In this document: positions 1-9,837 of the stretch, piece by piece
How positions within the stretch are numbered: position 1 is the first letter of the stretch
Layout: the number at the start of each line of letters is the position of its first letter
NCBI GenBank assembly: GCA_040381195.1
Contig: JBEIHR010000002.1
Location: 1 to 56,262 of the forward strand
Source of the DNA: Rubricoccaceae bacterium
GTDB taxonomy: Bacteria > Actinomycetota > Actinomycetes > S36-B12
Reading direction: 5' to 3'
Length of the DNA: 56,262 nucleotides
The notes under the pieces: model-generated
What the model was told of the DNA's origin: nothing
Databases searched by the model: none
The model's input: only the letters and a program-made list of their open reading frames with translations
Program-made: the position numbers and the translations under genes

Positions 1-2334
1 CTGGAAGTGCTTGAGCGCGCCCTCGGCCTCCTCGACGGAGATGTCGCCGCGACCGATCAGGCTTTCCGTGTAGTGCTTGCGCACCGAACGCTTGTTGTCG
101 ATGATCGCGTACATCAACGGCTGGGTGAGCGAAGGGTCATCCGCCTCATTGTGACCTCGCTTGCGGTAGCACACGAGATCGATCACAACATCCTTGTGGA
201 AGGCCTGTCGGAACTGGAATGCCAACCGCGCGACGCGTACCACAGCTTCGGGATCATCGCCGTTGACGTGGAAGATCGGCGCCTGCACCATGCGCGCCAC
301 ATCGGTGGGATAGACACTCGAGCGGCTGTAGCGCGGTGACGTTGTGAAGCCCACCTGGTTGTTCACAACGATGTGGACGGTTCCGCCCGTGCGGTAGCCC
401 TGGAGTTGCGAGAGGTGCAGGGTCTCGGCCACGACACCTTGCCCGGCGAAGGCTGCATCTCCGTGGATCAGCAGCGGCAGGACGTCGAAGACGCGCTCGC
501 GGGGGAGTACGTCCTGCTTCGCACGGACGATTCCTTCAAGGACCGGGTCGACCGCCTCCAGGTGTGAGGGGTTGGCAGCGATGTAGACGGACGTGGATGA
601 GCCGTCGTCGGCGACGAAAGTGCCGGCGGTGCCCAGGTGGTACTTGACGTCGCCGGAGCCTTGTACGGAATCGGAGCCGTAATCACCCTCGAACTCCCGG
701 AAGACCTGGCCGTAGGACTTACCCGCGATGTTGGTCAAGACGTTGAGTCGACCACGGTGCGGCATCCCGATGCACACTTCGAGGATCTCGTTGCTCGCTG
801 ATTCGATGAGGATTGCATCGAGGGCGGGAATCAGTGACTCGGACCCCTCGAGGGAGAAGCGCTTCTGACCGACGTACTTGGTGTGCAGAAAACTCTCCAA
901 GGCCTCGGCCTCGTTGAGTTTGCGCAGGATTCGCAACTGCTCGTCTCGGTGATACTTCTCATGCGGGCACTCCACCCGCTCCTGGATCCATCGCCGCTGC
1001 TCGGGATCCTGGATATGCATGTACTCGATTCCCACCGAGCGGGTGTAGGCATCCCGGAGTACGCCGAGGATGGCGCGCAACTTCATGATCGGCCGTCCAC
1101 CGAATCCCCCCGTGGCGAATTCCCGATCGAGGTCCCACAGGGTGAGGCCGTGACTGAGCACATCGAGATCGGGATGCGTCCGCTGGCGGTACTCCAGCGG
1201 ATCGGTGTCCGCCATGAGGTGTCCGCGCACGCGATACGCGTGGATGATCTCCTGGACCCGGACCGTCTTGTCGAGGTCGGTCTCGTGGCTCGCCGAGATG
1301 TCGTGCGCCCAACGCACTGGCTCGTACGGGATGCGGAGCGATCGGAAGATCGCGTCGTAGAACTCGTCCTCACCCAGGAGCAGTTGATGGACACGGCGGA
1401 GGAATTCCCCGGACTGAGCCCCCTGGATGATGCGGTGGTCGTAGGTGGACGTCAGGGTCAGGATCTTCGACACCGCGTTGCGGACCAGGGTCTCCTCGGA
1501 TGCTCCCTGCCATTCCGCCGGGTACTCCATCGCCCCGACCCCGATGATGCACCCCTGACCGGCCATGAGGCGAGGTACGGAGAAGTTCGTGCCGATCGTC
1601 CCCGGGTTCGTCAGCGTGATCGTGGTTCCCGCGAAGTCGTCGACCCCGAGTGCACCGGCGCGCGCGCGACGGACCATGTCTTCGTAGGACGCCCAGAAGG
1701 TTGCGAAGTCCATCGACTGTGTGGCCTTGATGGAGGGCACGAGCAACTGCCGTGTGCCATCGGCTTTGGCGACATCGATCGCGATCCCCAGATTGACATC
1801 AGGGTTGGTGACCACCGCAGGCTTGCCGTCGAGTTCGGTGAAGTGCGCGTTCATCGCCGGCATCTCGGTGGCCGCACGCACCACCGCGTACCCGATCACA
1901 TGTGTGAACGACACCTTCCCACCGCGTCCGCGGGTGAGGTGGTTGTTGATCACCACCCGGTTGTCCATCAGCAGTTTCGCCGGGATGCCCCGGATGCTCG
2001 TGGCCGTCGGGACTGTGAGGCTCGCGTCCATATTGGCGACGACCCGCCCGGCTGGTCCCTTTAAAACGGTGACGTGGTCTGCCGGTGACGGGGACGCCAC
2101 GGGTGTCGCCGGCGGCACAGCGGGGGCGGAGTGCTCGACAGGGGCGGGCGGCGCGGGCGCTGGCGCGGAAGCGGGCGCTGGCGCGGAAGCGGGCGCATAG
2201 TCGGTGGGCTGGTAGCCCTCGAAGAACTCCCACCACGCAGGATCGACCGAGTTCCTATCGGTGAGGAACTGCTGGTAGAGCTCATCAACGAGCCACTCGT
2301 TGGGCCCGAAGCCGGCTAGCGGCTCTGCAGACAC
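1..2334 (-). CDS. kgd: Multifunctional 2-oxoglutarate decarboxylase/dehydrogenase E1 (Kgd/SucA type), N-terminal ~778 codons; C-terminus lies beyond the left edge
   Basis: Absent from the ORF track because it has no stop in the window. Manual minus-strand translation from GTG at 2334 (GAGAGGA about 7 nt upstream) gives [38 protein letters not shown]. An Ala/Pro linker follows, then an E2-like acyltransferase core ([18 protein letters not shown]), then a ThDP E1 module ([27 protein letters not shown]). The frame stays open to base 1. Confidence 0.9.
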   Translation of the reverse strand, partial: MSAEPLAGFGPNEWLVDELYQQFLTDRNSVDPAWWEFFEGYQPTDYAPASAPAPASAPAPAPPAPVEHSAPAVPPATPVASPSPADHVTVLKGPAGRVVANMDASLTVPTATSIRGIPAKLLMDNRVVINNHLTRGRGGKVSFTHVIGYAVVRAATEMPAMNAHFTELDGKPAVVTNPDVNLGIAIDVAKADGTRQLLVPSIKATQSMDFATFWASYEDMVRRARAGALGVDDFAGTTITLTNPGTIGTNFSVPRLMAGQGCIIGVGAMEYPAEWQGASEETLVRNAVSKILTLTSTYDHRIIQGAQSGEFLRRVHQLLLGEDEFYDAIFRSLRIPYEPVRWAHDISASHETDLDKTVRVQEIIHAYRVRGHLMADTDPLEYRQRTHPDLDVLSHGLTLWDLDREFATGGFGGRPIMKLRAILGVLRDAYTRSVGIEYMHIQDPEQRRWIQERVECPHEKYHRDEQLRILRKLNEAEALESFLHTKYVGQKRFSLEGSESLIPALDAILIESASNEILEVCIGMPHRGRLNVLTNIAGKSYGQVFREFEGDYGSDSVQGSGDVKYHLGTAGTFVADDGSSTSVYIAANPSHLEAVDPVLEGIVRAKQDVLPRERVFDVLPLLIHGDAAFAGQGVVAETLHLSQLQGYRTGGTVHIVVNNQVGFTTSPRYSRSSVYPTDVARMVQAPIFHVNGDDPEAVVRVARLAFQFRQAFHKDVVIDLVCYRKRGHNEADDPSLTQPLMYAIIDNKRSVRKHYTESLIGRGDISVEEAEGALKHFQ
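2155..2196 (-). repeat. 18-bp tandem repeat (2.3 copies) encoding the Ala/Pro linker of Kgd
   Basis: gggcgctggcgcggaagc occurs at 2155-2172 and identically at 2173-2190, followed by a partial third copy. On the minus strand it encodes [12 protein letters not shown]. Confidence 0.8.
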
Positions 2335-2426
2335 CGCGGGATCCTCTCGCAGTAGGGACCGCGTGTCGCGGCCCTCATGAAGGGTACCGGGATGCGGGAA
2401 GCGTCGTCGACGGGCAGGCTCACCCC

Positions 2427-3131
2427 GTGGGTGAACACCTGGTCGCGGTGATCACCGGCGGCACGCGCGGAATCGGATTCGAGGCAGCGCGCGGTCTGGG
2501 GGAGGCAGGAGCCACCGTCTACCTGATCGGCCGTGATGCCGATCGTGCGGAGGCGGCTGCACGGGATCTGCGGAGCTATGGAATCGATGCGCACGCCGAG
2601 GTCTGCGATGTCTCCGACGCGGAGGAGATGGATGCGGTGGCCGCACGCATCCCGAGCCCCGACATCGTGGTCGCATCCGCGGGCGTCATGGCCGAACGCA
2701 TGACGAAGACGCTGCGCACCACCCCCGAGGAATGGCGGCGAGTGATGGCGGCCAACCTCGACGGCGTCTTCCACACGCTTCGCTGCCTCACACCCGGCAT
2801 GGTCCAACGTCGATCGGGGCGGGTCATCGTCGTCTCGGCCTGTCTAGGCCGCAGTTCCGGGCCCGGGCTCGAGGGCGGCCTCGTCCCCTACCGGGTCAGC
2901 AAGGCGGGCGTGAACGCGCTGGTCCGCTCCTTCGCCGCGGAGACGGGTATGGGGTCCCGGGGCGTGTCGGTGGATGCGATGTGTCCCGGCCACTGCCGCA
3001 CGGACATGGGTGGCCCCGATGCGCCGCGTTCTGCAGCGGAAGGCGCAGACACGATCGTCTGGCTGGCCACACGGGACCCGGCGACGCCCACGGGACTGCT
3101 CTGGGAGGACCGCGCACCGGTCCCGTGGTGA
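2427..3131 (+). CDS. Short-chain dehydrogenase/reductase (classical SDR, carbonyl-reductase-like)
   Basis: 234-aa ORF with the Rossmann motif [14 protein letters not shown] and the catalytic [11 protein letters not shown] (YxxxK). GTG start. Confidence 0.85.
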   Translation: MGEHLVAVITGGTRGIGFEAARGLGEAGATVYLIGRDADRAEAAARDLRSYGIDAHAEVCDVSDAEEMDAVAARIPSPDIVVASAGVMAERMTKTLRTTPEEWRRVMAANLDGVFHTLRCLTPGMVQRRSGRVIVVSACLGRSSGPGLEGGLVPYRVSKAGVNALVRSFAAETGMGSRGVSVDAMCPGHCRTDMGGPDAPRSAAEGADTIVWLATRDPATPTGLLWEDRAPVPW

Positions 3132-3171
3132 GGTTCGACTTCCGGTACCGAACGCGCCTACAGTCATCCGC

Positions 3172-4476
3172 GTGCGCACTTCCCCGGTGATCGCGGTCCT
3201 GCTGGCCGTCATTGCCGCCCCCGCGTCCGTCGCCCAGGACCTCACCCCGCCGACCGCGCCCCCAGCTCCGCCGGCGATCGCCCAGGCCGTTGCGGGACCC
3301 CAGGTCGTCACGCTCTACTTCCAACCCGGAGAGGGAGCGGTGGGTGCGGAGTACTCACTGGACAACGGGCCCTGGACTGCATGCGCACAGGAGCTCGGGA
3401 CGTGCACCGTCGCCGGACTCACGAACGGGCGTACATATCGCATCTCCCTTCGGAGCACGAACGCCGTCGGTGTCAGCGCACCGGCGGGGCCGGCGAGCGC
3501 CGTGCCTGTCGCCCCTCCGGGTGTGGACCCCGATAAGCCGACGCAGGTCATCGGCAAAGTGCGCAGGGTCACCGCGGAATTCGAGGCGGCAGGCAACGAC
3601 CTCGGGGTCTCGGGAGCGCGCTCACGACTCGGCGTGGGGACCCTTCCGGAACTCACCTTCAGCGCACCGATCGCCAACAAGGCGGCGGTCGAGCGCCACC
3701 TCGTCGTCACCGCGACCGATGGCACGGGTGTCACCGCCGTCGTCCCCGGAGCCTGGGGCTGGTTGGGTGACCGCAGAGTCGTGTTCCGTCCCGAGGCGTA
3801 CTGGCCCGCGAAATCCACGATCACCATCACGTCCACCGTGGGTGGTGTCCTGCTCGGCCGCGACGCCGGTGCGGCCCTCATCGGATCACCCGCTCTCAAT
3901 GTCGCGTACACCTTCACCACGTCCCGTGCGCTTGTGGCCCTCGTCGATGGGTTGAAGAAGAACATGCGCGTCTGGATCGACGGAAAACTTGTGAAGACCT
4001 TCCGCGTGTCCCTCGGTGGTCCGGAGTGGGAGACCCGCAATGGTGTGAAGGTGATCAGCGTCGCCAAGGAGGAGTACAAGGTGTACCGGAGCACGTCGCT
4101 CGGGATCACCGATCCCGCGGAGGCATACGTGCTCCCTGCGCCATGGAACACCCGACTGACACCCACCGGCGAGTTCATCCACGCGGCACCCTGGGCCTAC
4201 GGCCGCCTTGGCCGCTACAACGGATCCCACGGCTGCACGAACATGTTCGAGCAGGACGCGAAGTGGATCTTCGATAGCACCATCCCCGGGGACGTCGTGA
4301 TGTATCAGAACACCGGGGGATCGAGGGTCGAACCATGGAACGGTCCCGGTGGGCTGTGGAATATCCCTTGGCAGAGTTGGGCGAAGAAGTCCGCCCTCGG
4401 GAAGGCCACGGGCGCCGTCGACGACGCGGAGATCAACGAAACCCCGCCGACCATCACCCCTGAGGCGAGCGCGTAA
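3172..4476 (+). CDS. Secreted L,D-transpeptidase (YkuD domain) with N-terminal Fn3-like and Ig-like domains
   Basis: Lies in the 2974..4476 ORF. The in-frame GTG at 3172 gives a signal peptide (VRTSPVIAVLLAVIAAPASVAQ). An Fn3-like segment follows (GLTNGRTYRISLRSTNAVGVS). The C-terminal YkuD catalytic motif is GRYNGSHGCTNM. The start is inferred. Confidence 0.8.
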   Translation: MRTSPVIAVLLAVIAAPASVAQDLTPPTAPPAPPAIAQAVAGPQVVTLYFQPGEGAVGAEYSLDNGPWTACAQELGTCTVAGLTNGRTYRISLRSTNAVGVSAPAGPASAVPVAPPGVDPDKPTQVIGKVRRVTAEFEAAGNDLGVSGARSRLGVGTLPELTFSAPIANKAAVERHLVVTATDGTGVTAVVPGAWGWLGDRRVVFRPEAYWPAKSTITITSTVGGVLLGRDAGAALIGSPALNVAYTFTTSRALVALVDGLKKNMRVWIDGKLVKTFRVSLGGPEWETRNGVKVISVAKEEYKVYRSTSLGITDPAEAYVLPAPWNTRLTPTGEFIHAAPWAYGRLGRYNGSHGCTNMFEQDAKWIFDSTIPGDVVMYQNTGGSRVEPWNGPGGLWNIPWQSWAKKSALGKATGAVDDAEINETPPTITPEASA

Positions 4477-4478
4477 CG

Positions 4479-5279
4479 ATGAGTGACTTTGACGCTGCCC
4501 TGCGTATCCAAGAATCCCACGATGGGCTCACCTGGTCCGTCCCCGACGGGTGGCAACAGGGTCGCGGAGCCTGGGGTGGACTCGTGGTCGCCGCATGCGT
4601 CACTGCGGTTCAGGTGCGTGAATCCGCGTCGAGACCCGTGCGCGCGGTCACCGTGCAGATGGCGGGGCCCGTGCTGGTGGGCGATCAGCGCATCGTGGTG
4701 ACCGAAGTCCGCCGAGGAAGCGCCATGACCACCTGGAATGTCGACATCGTCGATGACCGAGGTGCCACGGCGGTGCACGCCTCGGTGATCTGCGGGGCGC
4801 CACGGGACCTGGACGTGGATCGCACCGCGGAGTGGGGCTGCGCGCAGAGGGGCGAAGCACCGCCTTGGACCGCCGTCCCGGTGATCCCGGTCGAACCTCC
4901 GCTGGGCCCGGTCTTCGGCCCGCACGTGACCTTCCGTCCGCTGGCAGGTCGGCCGGGGAGTGCGGAGGAAGCGAGAACCCGTGGGTGGGTTGCCTACGCG
5001 GACGGGAAGCCCTGGAGTCCGGCACGCGTGTTGGGCCTCATCGACGCATGGTGGCCGGGTGCGCTCGTCGCCTCCGACCGTATGCGGCCACTCGCGACCG
5101 TGATGTTCGCTGCCACCCTGCTCGTCGACCCCGATCACCTCGATGCGGGACAGCCGCTGTACTACGAGGGTGAACTCACGGCAGGTGCGGATGGGTTCAC
5201 GAGCGAACTTCGCCGCCTCTGGTCCCCGGATGGCCGACTGGTCGTGGAGAACCTGCAGTCGATCGTCGTTATCGCGTAG
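4479..5279 (+). CDS. Acyl-CoA thioesterase-like protein (double hot-dog, TesB-like family)
   Basis: 266-aa ORF. Its length and pattern (GRGAWGGLVVAA ... GFTSELRRLWSPDGRLVVENLQS) are typical of actinobacterial thioesterase-like superfamily proteins. The ATG is 2 nt after the ldt stop. Confidence 0.65.
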   Translation: MSDFDAALRIQESHDGLTWSVPDGWQQGRGAWGGLVVAACVTAVQVRESASRPVRAVTVQMAGPVLVGDQRIVVTEVRRGSAMTTWNVDIVDDRGATAVHASVICGAPRDLDVDRTAEWGCAQRGEAPPWTAVPVIPVEPPLGPVFGPHVTFRPLAGRPGSAEEARTRGWVAYADGKPWSPARVLGLIDAWWPGALVASDRMRPLATVMFAATLLVDPDHLDAGQPLYYEGELTAGADGFTSELRRLWSPDGRLVVENLQSIVVIA

Positions 5280-5868
5280 GCGACATCGTCGGAGTCGGGC
5301 CCGTTGACGCAGGCTCCTCGAACGTGAGCGTCTGCGACCAGGAAAGAACCCGCTTCACGTACTGCTCGGTCTCCGGATACGGCGGGATTCCCTTGTGGCG
5401 GCGTACCGCTCCGTGACCGGCGTTGTAGGCCGCCAGGACATTCTCGAGGAGTCGACCTTCCACTTTTCGGACGAGCTTGCGATTCACGCAGTTCATCTTC
5501 GCTGCTGAATGGATGGCGTCGATCGGGTTCCACACGTCTGCGACCCCATCCCCGTCTCCATCGATTCCATACTGCTTCCACGTGCTTGGCATGAATTGGG
5601 CAATTCCCTGCGCGCCCGCCGGGCTGACCGCATCCGGATTCCAACTGCTCTCCGCCGCGATCTGCGCTGCGAGAACCCTGGCGGAGACGAGTGGGCATCG
5701 TTCGGCGGCTTCCCGGATGACCGGTGTGTATGCGGCGGGGACCACCACGGCTCCACCGAGTCGTCCCGAGTCGCGTATCCCATCGAGGTAGCGCCAGCCC
5801 TGGTAGCCGATCACCGCGATGCCGATCACCACGACCAGCAACACGATGATCGACCGAAGACGCTTCAT
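5269..5868 (-). CDS. Membrane-anchored lytic transglycosylase (SLT domain)
   Basis: Lies in the 5269..6135 ORF. The ATG at 5868 has a GGGAGAGG RBS and gives MKRLRSIIVLLVVVIGIAVIG (TM anchor). SLT motifs follow: AESSWNP, GIAQFMPSTW, AAYNAGHGAV. Confidence 0.8.
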   Translation of the reverse strand: MKRLRSIIVLLVVVIGIAVIGYQGWRYLDGIRDSGRLGGAVVVPAAYTPVIREAAERCPLVSARVLAAQIAAESSWNPDAVSPAGAQGIAQFMPSTWKQYGIDGDGDGVADVWNPIDAIHSAAKMNCVNRKLVRKVEGRLLENVLAAYNAGHGAVRRHKGIPPYPETEQYVKRVLSWSQTLTFEEPASTGPTPTMSPTR

Positions 5869-5929
5869 GACCTCTCCCGGGAAGGGCATCCACGGTAACC
5901 CGGGGTACCTGCCCACGTACGCTCGACAC

Positions 5930-7096
5930 ATGTCACCCGACGATGTCGCCCGCCCCGACCTGGGCCCGGCTGCACTCGAGGCGCTGTTCGGAAAGGAACT
6001 CGCGGAGGCGTATGCCTCATTGGGCTGCTTCAATCTCGCGATCTTCGGCAAGACAGGTGCCGGCAAGTCCACCCTGCTCAATGCGGTCTTCGGCGAGGAG
6101 GTGGCCGAGACGGGCGTGGGTCGCCCGGTGACCAAGGGATTGATCTACTACCGGCATCCGGACGCGTTCCTCGGGATCTTCGACTCCGAGGGATTCGAGA
6201 CGGGAACGTCGGGCGATGTGATCTTGCGTGGTCTGCACGATTTGGTTTCCGCCCGCGCAACGGCGCCAATCGACCAGCGTATCCACGCAGTCTGGTACGC
6301 CGTGCGGTGGTCCGATCGCAGATTCGAACACGCACAACAGGACTTCGTTCGCAGGATCGCCGAGCTCGGGCTCCCGGTCATCGTGGTGATCACACAGGTG
6401 CCCTTCCGAGGCGGGACTCCGCATCCTGAGGCGGTGGAATTCGCCGATTTCATCACCGAGTGCTCCCTGCCGATCCACCCCGAGGGGCGCCCGGTCCTCA
6501 CCAACGCCGTCTTCGACACGTTCACCGACTCACCCGTTGCCGGGCTCCACGAGTTGCTCGACGTCACGTACGCGATAGTCCCGGAGGCGGTCGAGGGAGC
6601 ACTCACGGCTGCCCAGAGGCTCGATCTGGAGCGCAAGAAAAAAGCGGTCGCGGCCGTCATTCGCCAAGCAGTGGCGGTCGCTTCCGGCGTAGGCGCGGCC
6701 CCGATCCCGTTCGCTGACGCAGCGCTTCTCGTCCCGAATCAGGTGACCATGATCGCTCGCATCACTGCCGCCTATGGTTTGCCGGCGAGCACGTCGCGCA
6801 CGATGGCGATCGCCGGCTCGGTGGTCCTCACGGGCGGAGCGACGATGGCGGGTCGCTACGCGGTCACCAACCTGTTGAAATTCGTGCCCGGCGGTCAGAT
6901 CGCCGGATCGGCCATCTCCGCCACGGTTGCCGCGGCGTTGACCAAGGCGGTGGGTGTTGCATGGTCGCGGGTGTGCGAGTACGCACTGTCGATGGACCCC
7001 CAGCAGCGGGAGGCCTTCCTCTCGAGCGGGGCCGTCTCAGAGGCCTTTCGGGGCTTCATGCGGCGATCGGACGACGGTGTTAGCGTCGCGCCATGA
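5930..7096 (+). CDS. P-loop GTPase with C-terminal DUF697-like membrane domain (YcjF-like)
   Basis: Lies in the 5819..7096 ORF, with an in-frame ATG at 5930 (MSPDDVARPDL). G1 is FGKTGAGKSTLLNAVFG and G3 is DSEGFE. The C-terminal half is Gly/Ala-rich and hydrophobic. Confidence 0.7.
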   Translation: MSPDDVARPDLGPAALEALFGKELAEAYASLGCFNLAIFGKTGAGKSTLLNAVFGEEVAETGVGRPVTKGLIYYRHPDAFLGIFDSEGFETGTSGDVILRGLHDLVSARATAPIDQRIHAVWYAVRWSDRRFEHAQQDFVRRIAELGLPVIVVITQVPFRGGTPHPEAVEFADFITECSLPIHPEGRPVLTNAVFDTFTDSPVAGLHELLDVTYAIVPEAVEGALTAAQRLDLERKKKAVAAVIRQAVAVASGVGAAPIPFADAALLVPNQVTMIARITAAYGLPASTSRTMAIAGSVVLTGGATMAGRYAVTNLLKFVPGGQIAGSAISATVAAALTKAVGVAWSRVCEYALSMDPQQREAFLSSGAVSEAFRGFMRRSDDGVSVAP

Positions 7097-7314
7097 AGCG
7101 ATTCCTCTTCCTCCTCCTGGTCCTGACTGGCGCAGCGGGAGCGTGGCTGTGGTGGCAGCGCCGCCTCGACGCGCAGCAGCAGGATGTCTGGTCCCAGGTC
7201 ATGACCCCGGAGCCGGAGCCCGAGCCTCAGACCCCCGAGCCAGCGCCGAAGCCGGTGGCGAAGAAGAAGGCGGCCACGAAGGCCGCGCCAGCCAAGGACG
7301 CAGCCGCGTCCTGA
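7093..7314 (+). CDS. Small single-pass membrane protein with Pro/Glu/Lys/Ala-rich tail
   Basis: 73-aa ORF whose ATG overlaps the GTPase stop (ATGA). N-terminal TM MKRFLFLLLVLTGAAGAWLWW, then PEPEPEPQTPEPAPKPVAKKKAATKAAPAK. No family assignment. Confidence 0.5.
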   Translation: MKRFLFLLLVLTGAAGAWLWWQRRLDAQQQDVWSQVMTPEPEPEPQTPEPAPKPVAKKKAATKAAPAKDAAAS

Positions 7315-7394
7315 CCGTTCGCCGTGGGAGAAGAAGCCCTGCATCTGTTGGGTGATCCACCCGTCCGTGCCTAGGGTGGTGTGAGGAGGTGGTC

Positions 7395-8312
7395 ATGCGT
7401 TCCCCGTCTGAGGCGATGCGCATTCACCAAGAGGCGCAGTTCGACGAGCCGCCTGTCCTCGTCCACGCATTCTCGGGGTTCGTCGATGCGGGCAACGGGG
7501 TGCGGATCGCGATCGAGCACCTGCTCACCCGCCCGCACGACTTACTGATCTCCTTCGACTCCGACGAATTCATCGACTATCGGGCCCGTCGGCCGCGCAT
7601 GCTCTTCTCGGCAGATCACTTCACGTCTGTCGATGTTCCGCGCATCAGTCTTCACCGCGTGAGCGATGACGATGGACGTGACTTCCTGTTGCTCGCCGGT
7701 CCCGAGCCGGATTACCAGTGGGAGCGCTTCCTCGCCTCGGTCGATCTCATCATCGAGCGCTATCGGGTTTCGGCGCTGGTCGGACTCTCTGCGATTCCGT
7801 GGCCGATTCCGCATACCCGCCCCCTGTCGGTGATCGTCCACGGGAACGAGCCCTCCCTGGTTGCTGGGCGCAGTGCGATGTTGGGGGATATCGAGGTGCC
7901 CGGTCACGTCGGCGCGATGCTCGAGCTGCGCGGCGCGGAACTGGAGATGCCCTCGATTGGAATCACCGCGCAGGTGCCGCACTACCTCGTGCAATTCGAG
8001 TACCCGCAGGGAGCGGTTGCGTTGCTCGAGGGACTCCAGGACGTCGTGGGTTTGCAGGTGGATGCGTCCGTTCTGGCGGCCGCCTCCGAGCGTGCCGTCC
8101 AGGACGTCGCGGCACAGGTGGCGGACAACGAGGCCTTCGCCGCGGTCGTGGCAGCGCTGGAGGCCCAGTACGACTCCGTGGCGACGAGTGCGGCGCCGTC
8201 GTGGACCGGTGGCGACATCCCCAGTGGGGACCAGATCGCCGCCCAGGTCGAGGAGTTCCTCGCGGGTCTGGCCCGCGACAACGGACAGGACAAGGACGGC
8301 CCCGAGGCCTAG
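7395..8312 (+). CDS. PAC2 (proteasome assembly chaperone 2-like) family protein
   Basis: Lies in the 7389..8312 ORF. The ATG at 7395 sits 4-5 nt after GAGGAGG. The pattern (VLVHAFSGFVDAGN ... LLLAGPEPDYQWERF ... ITAQVPHYL) is typical of actinobacterial PAC2 proteins. Confidence 0.8.
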   Translation: MRSPSEAMRIHQEAQFDEPPVLVHAFSGFVDAGNGVRIAIEHLLTRPHDLLISFDSDEFIDYRARRPRMLFSADHFTSVDVPRISLHRVSDDDGRDFLLLAGPEPDYQWERFLASVDLIIERYRVSALVGLSAIPWPIPHTRPLSVIVHGNEPSLVAGRSAMLGDIEVPGHVGAMLELRGAELEMPSIGITAQVPHYLVQFEYPQGAVALLEGLQDVVGLQVDASVLAAASERAVQDVAAQVADNEAFAAVVAALEAQYDSVATSAAPSWTGGDIPSGDQIAAQVEEFLAGLARDNGQDKDGPEA

Positions 8313-9775
8313 CAGCGCGCCCCGGCGGCCGGGAGCGCACCGCTCATCAGATACGCATCGACGATGCGCCGCACACATGCGGAACCCTCCCCATACGCCG
8401 TGTGTCCATCGCCGACGTAGGTCACCAGGCTGCTCGTCGGCAACTGCGCGTGCAGGTTCCGCGCCCAGGCGTAGGGGGTGGCAGGGTCGTAGCGCGTGCC
8501 GATGATCAAGATGCCGGCTGAGGTCGTGCTCGTGACCGGCTCGGGGGCTTCGGCGGAGTGTCCAAACCAGGTGCTGCACGGGGCATTGCCCCAGGACATG
8601 GCGCGTGCCAGATCGGGGACAACGGCGTCGCGGGCCCAGGTCTGCGCAGCGTGTGCCAATCCAGCCCGTCCGGGAGGCGCGGGGAAGTCCCAGCATCCGA
8701 TGGCGTAGAAGGCCGAGTGGACATTCGAGCCGTAGGAGTTGGGCCCGACCCGATTGCTGGCGAGTGCTGCAAGCTCGGCGAGTCCAGTGCCGTTCCCCCG
8801 GCGAGCTGACTCGAGTGCATCCTCGAGTAGCGGCCAGAGGTCCGTGCTGTACATGCTGAAGAAGAGGGCGGTGATCGCCTCGGCTTGGACCACGGGGGCG
8901 CCCCGATCCGTACGGAGCGGCGAACGATCGACACGTGCGAGGAGCGCGTTGATGGTGGCGATCACCTCGCGTGGTGAGGAGCCGAGGGCGCAGGACTGTG
9001 TCCGACTGCAGTTCCGGGCGAAGCGGGTGAGGGCCATCTGGAAGCCCTGGGATTGCCCGCGCGAGAGCTGCATCGCGTTGAGCGATGGATCCACGGCGCC
9101 ATCGAGGACCATGCGGCCGATCCGGGAGGGGAACTTCTCCGCGTAGGCGGCTCCCAGTTGCGTCCCATAGGAGAACCCGAACCAGTGGAGGAGTTCTTGG
9201 TTGAGCACGGAACGCACGATGTCCATGTCCTGGACAGTCGCTTCCGAACCGACGTGGCGGGCGATCCCCGGTGACATGCGCAGGCATCCGCGACCGATCG
9301 CGGCAGCTCGGCGCAGCAAGGTCGTGATCTCCGTGGGGGTGTCGGGCGAGGAATCCGTACGGAGCCACCGAGTCGTCTCCGGGCCGGTGAGACAGGTGAC
9401 CGCGGTGGAGTCCTCCACGCCGCGGGGATCGAAGCCGACGATGTCGTAGATCGCCCGCACCTCGCGGGGGAGTTGCTCGGCGAAGTACGGAACGTATTCG
9501 GTGGCCGAGGATCCCGGCCCACCCGGATTGACCAGGAGCACCGGCCGCGTGCCGTCGGGCGCCGTCGGCGCGGCGGCCCGAACGGACAGGGCGATGCGGG
9601 CCCCGCCGGGGTCGGCATAGTCGAGGGGCACGGAGATGTCCGCACACCAGGACCCCTGGCCGCAGGCCCGCCACGGGGGTTGCTGGGTGCGATAGGCGTC
9701 CAGGCCATCCGCCCGGGCGGGGGCCGGGGCGAGCACGGTGCCGAGCACCAGGCCCAGCGCCAGGAGCCAGCGCAT
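8309..9775 (-). CDS. Secreted alpha/beta hydrolase, S33 tripeptidyl-aminopeptidase-like (TAP C-terminal domain)
   Basis: Lies in the 8309..9832 ORF. I prefer the ATG at 9775 (MRWLLALGLVLGTVLAPAPARA signal peptide). The alternatives are ATG 9826 and TTG 9832. Motifs: LLVNPGGPGSS, nucleophile elbow GFSYGT, C-terminal GDGHTAY. Confidence 0.8.
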   Translation of the reverse strand: MRWLLALGLVLGTVLAPAPARADGLDAYRTQQPPWRACGQGSWCADISVPLDYADPGGARIALSVRAAAPTAPDGTRPVLLVNPGGPGSSATEYVPYFAEQLPREVRAIYDIVGFDPRGVEDSTAVTCLTGPETTRWLRTDSSPDTPTEITTLLRRAAAIGRGCLRMSPGIARHVGSEATVQDMDIVRSVLNQELLHWFGFSYGTQLGAAYAEKFPSRIGRMVLDGAVDPSLNAMQLSRGQSQGFQMALTRFARNCSRTQSCALGSSPREVIATINALLARVDRSPLRTDRGAPVVQAEAITALFFSMYSTDLWPLLEDALESARRGNGTGLAELAALASNRVGPNSYGSNVHSAFYAIGCWDFPAPPGRAGLAHAAQTWARDAVVPDLARAMSWGNAPCSTWFGHSAEAPEPVTSTTSAGILIIGTRYDPATPYAWARNLHAQLPTSSLVTYVGDGHTAYGEGSACVRRIVDAYLMSGALPAAGARC

Positions 9776-9837
9776 GGTCCAGGGTAGGACGACGGCGTGG
9801 CGGCGGTCCGCGTGAGTCCCGGTCATGGACAATGAAA

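Noticed and set aside
2974-3171. Long N-terminal extensions in track ORFs (for example 2974 for ldt, 5819 for the GTPase, 19144 for thrB, 22202 for prfA, 27904 for atpB, 39975 for meaB, 53421 for etfA)
   Set aside because: The extensions overlap the preceding genes, lack family homology and are Arg/Pro-rich. Internal starts with an RBS or stop-start overlaps give proteins of canonical length.
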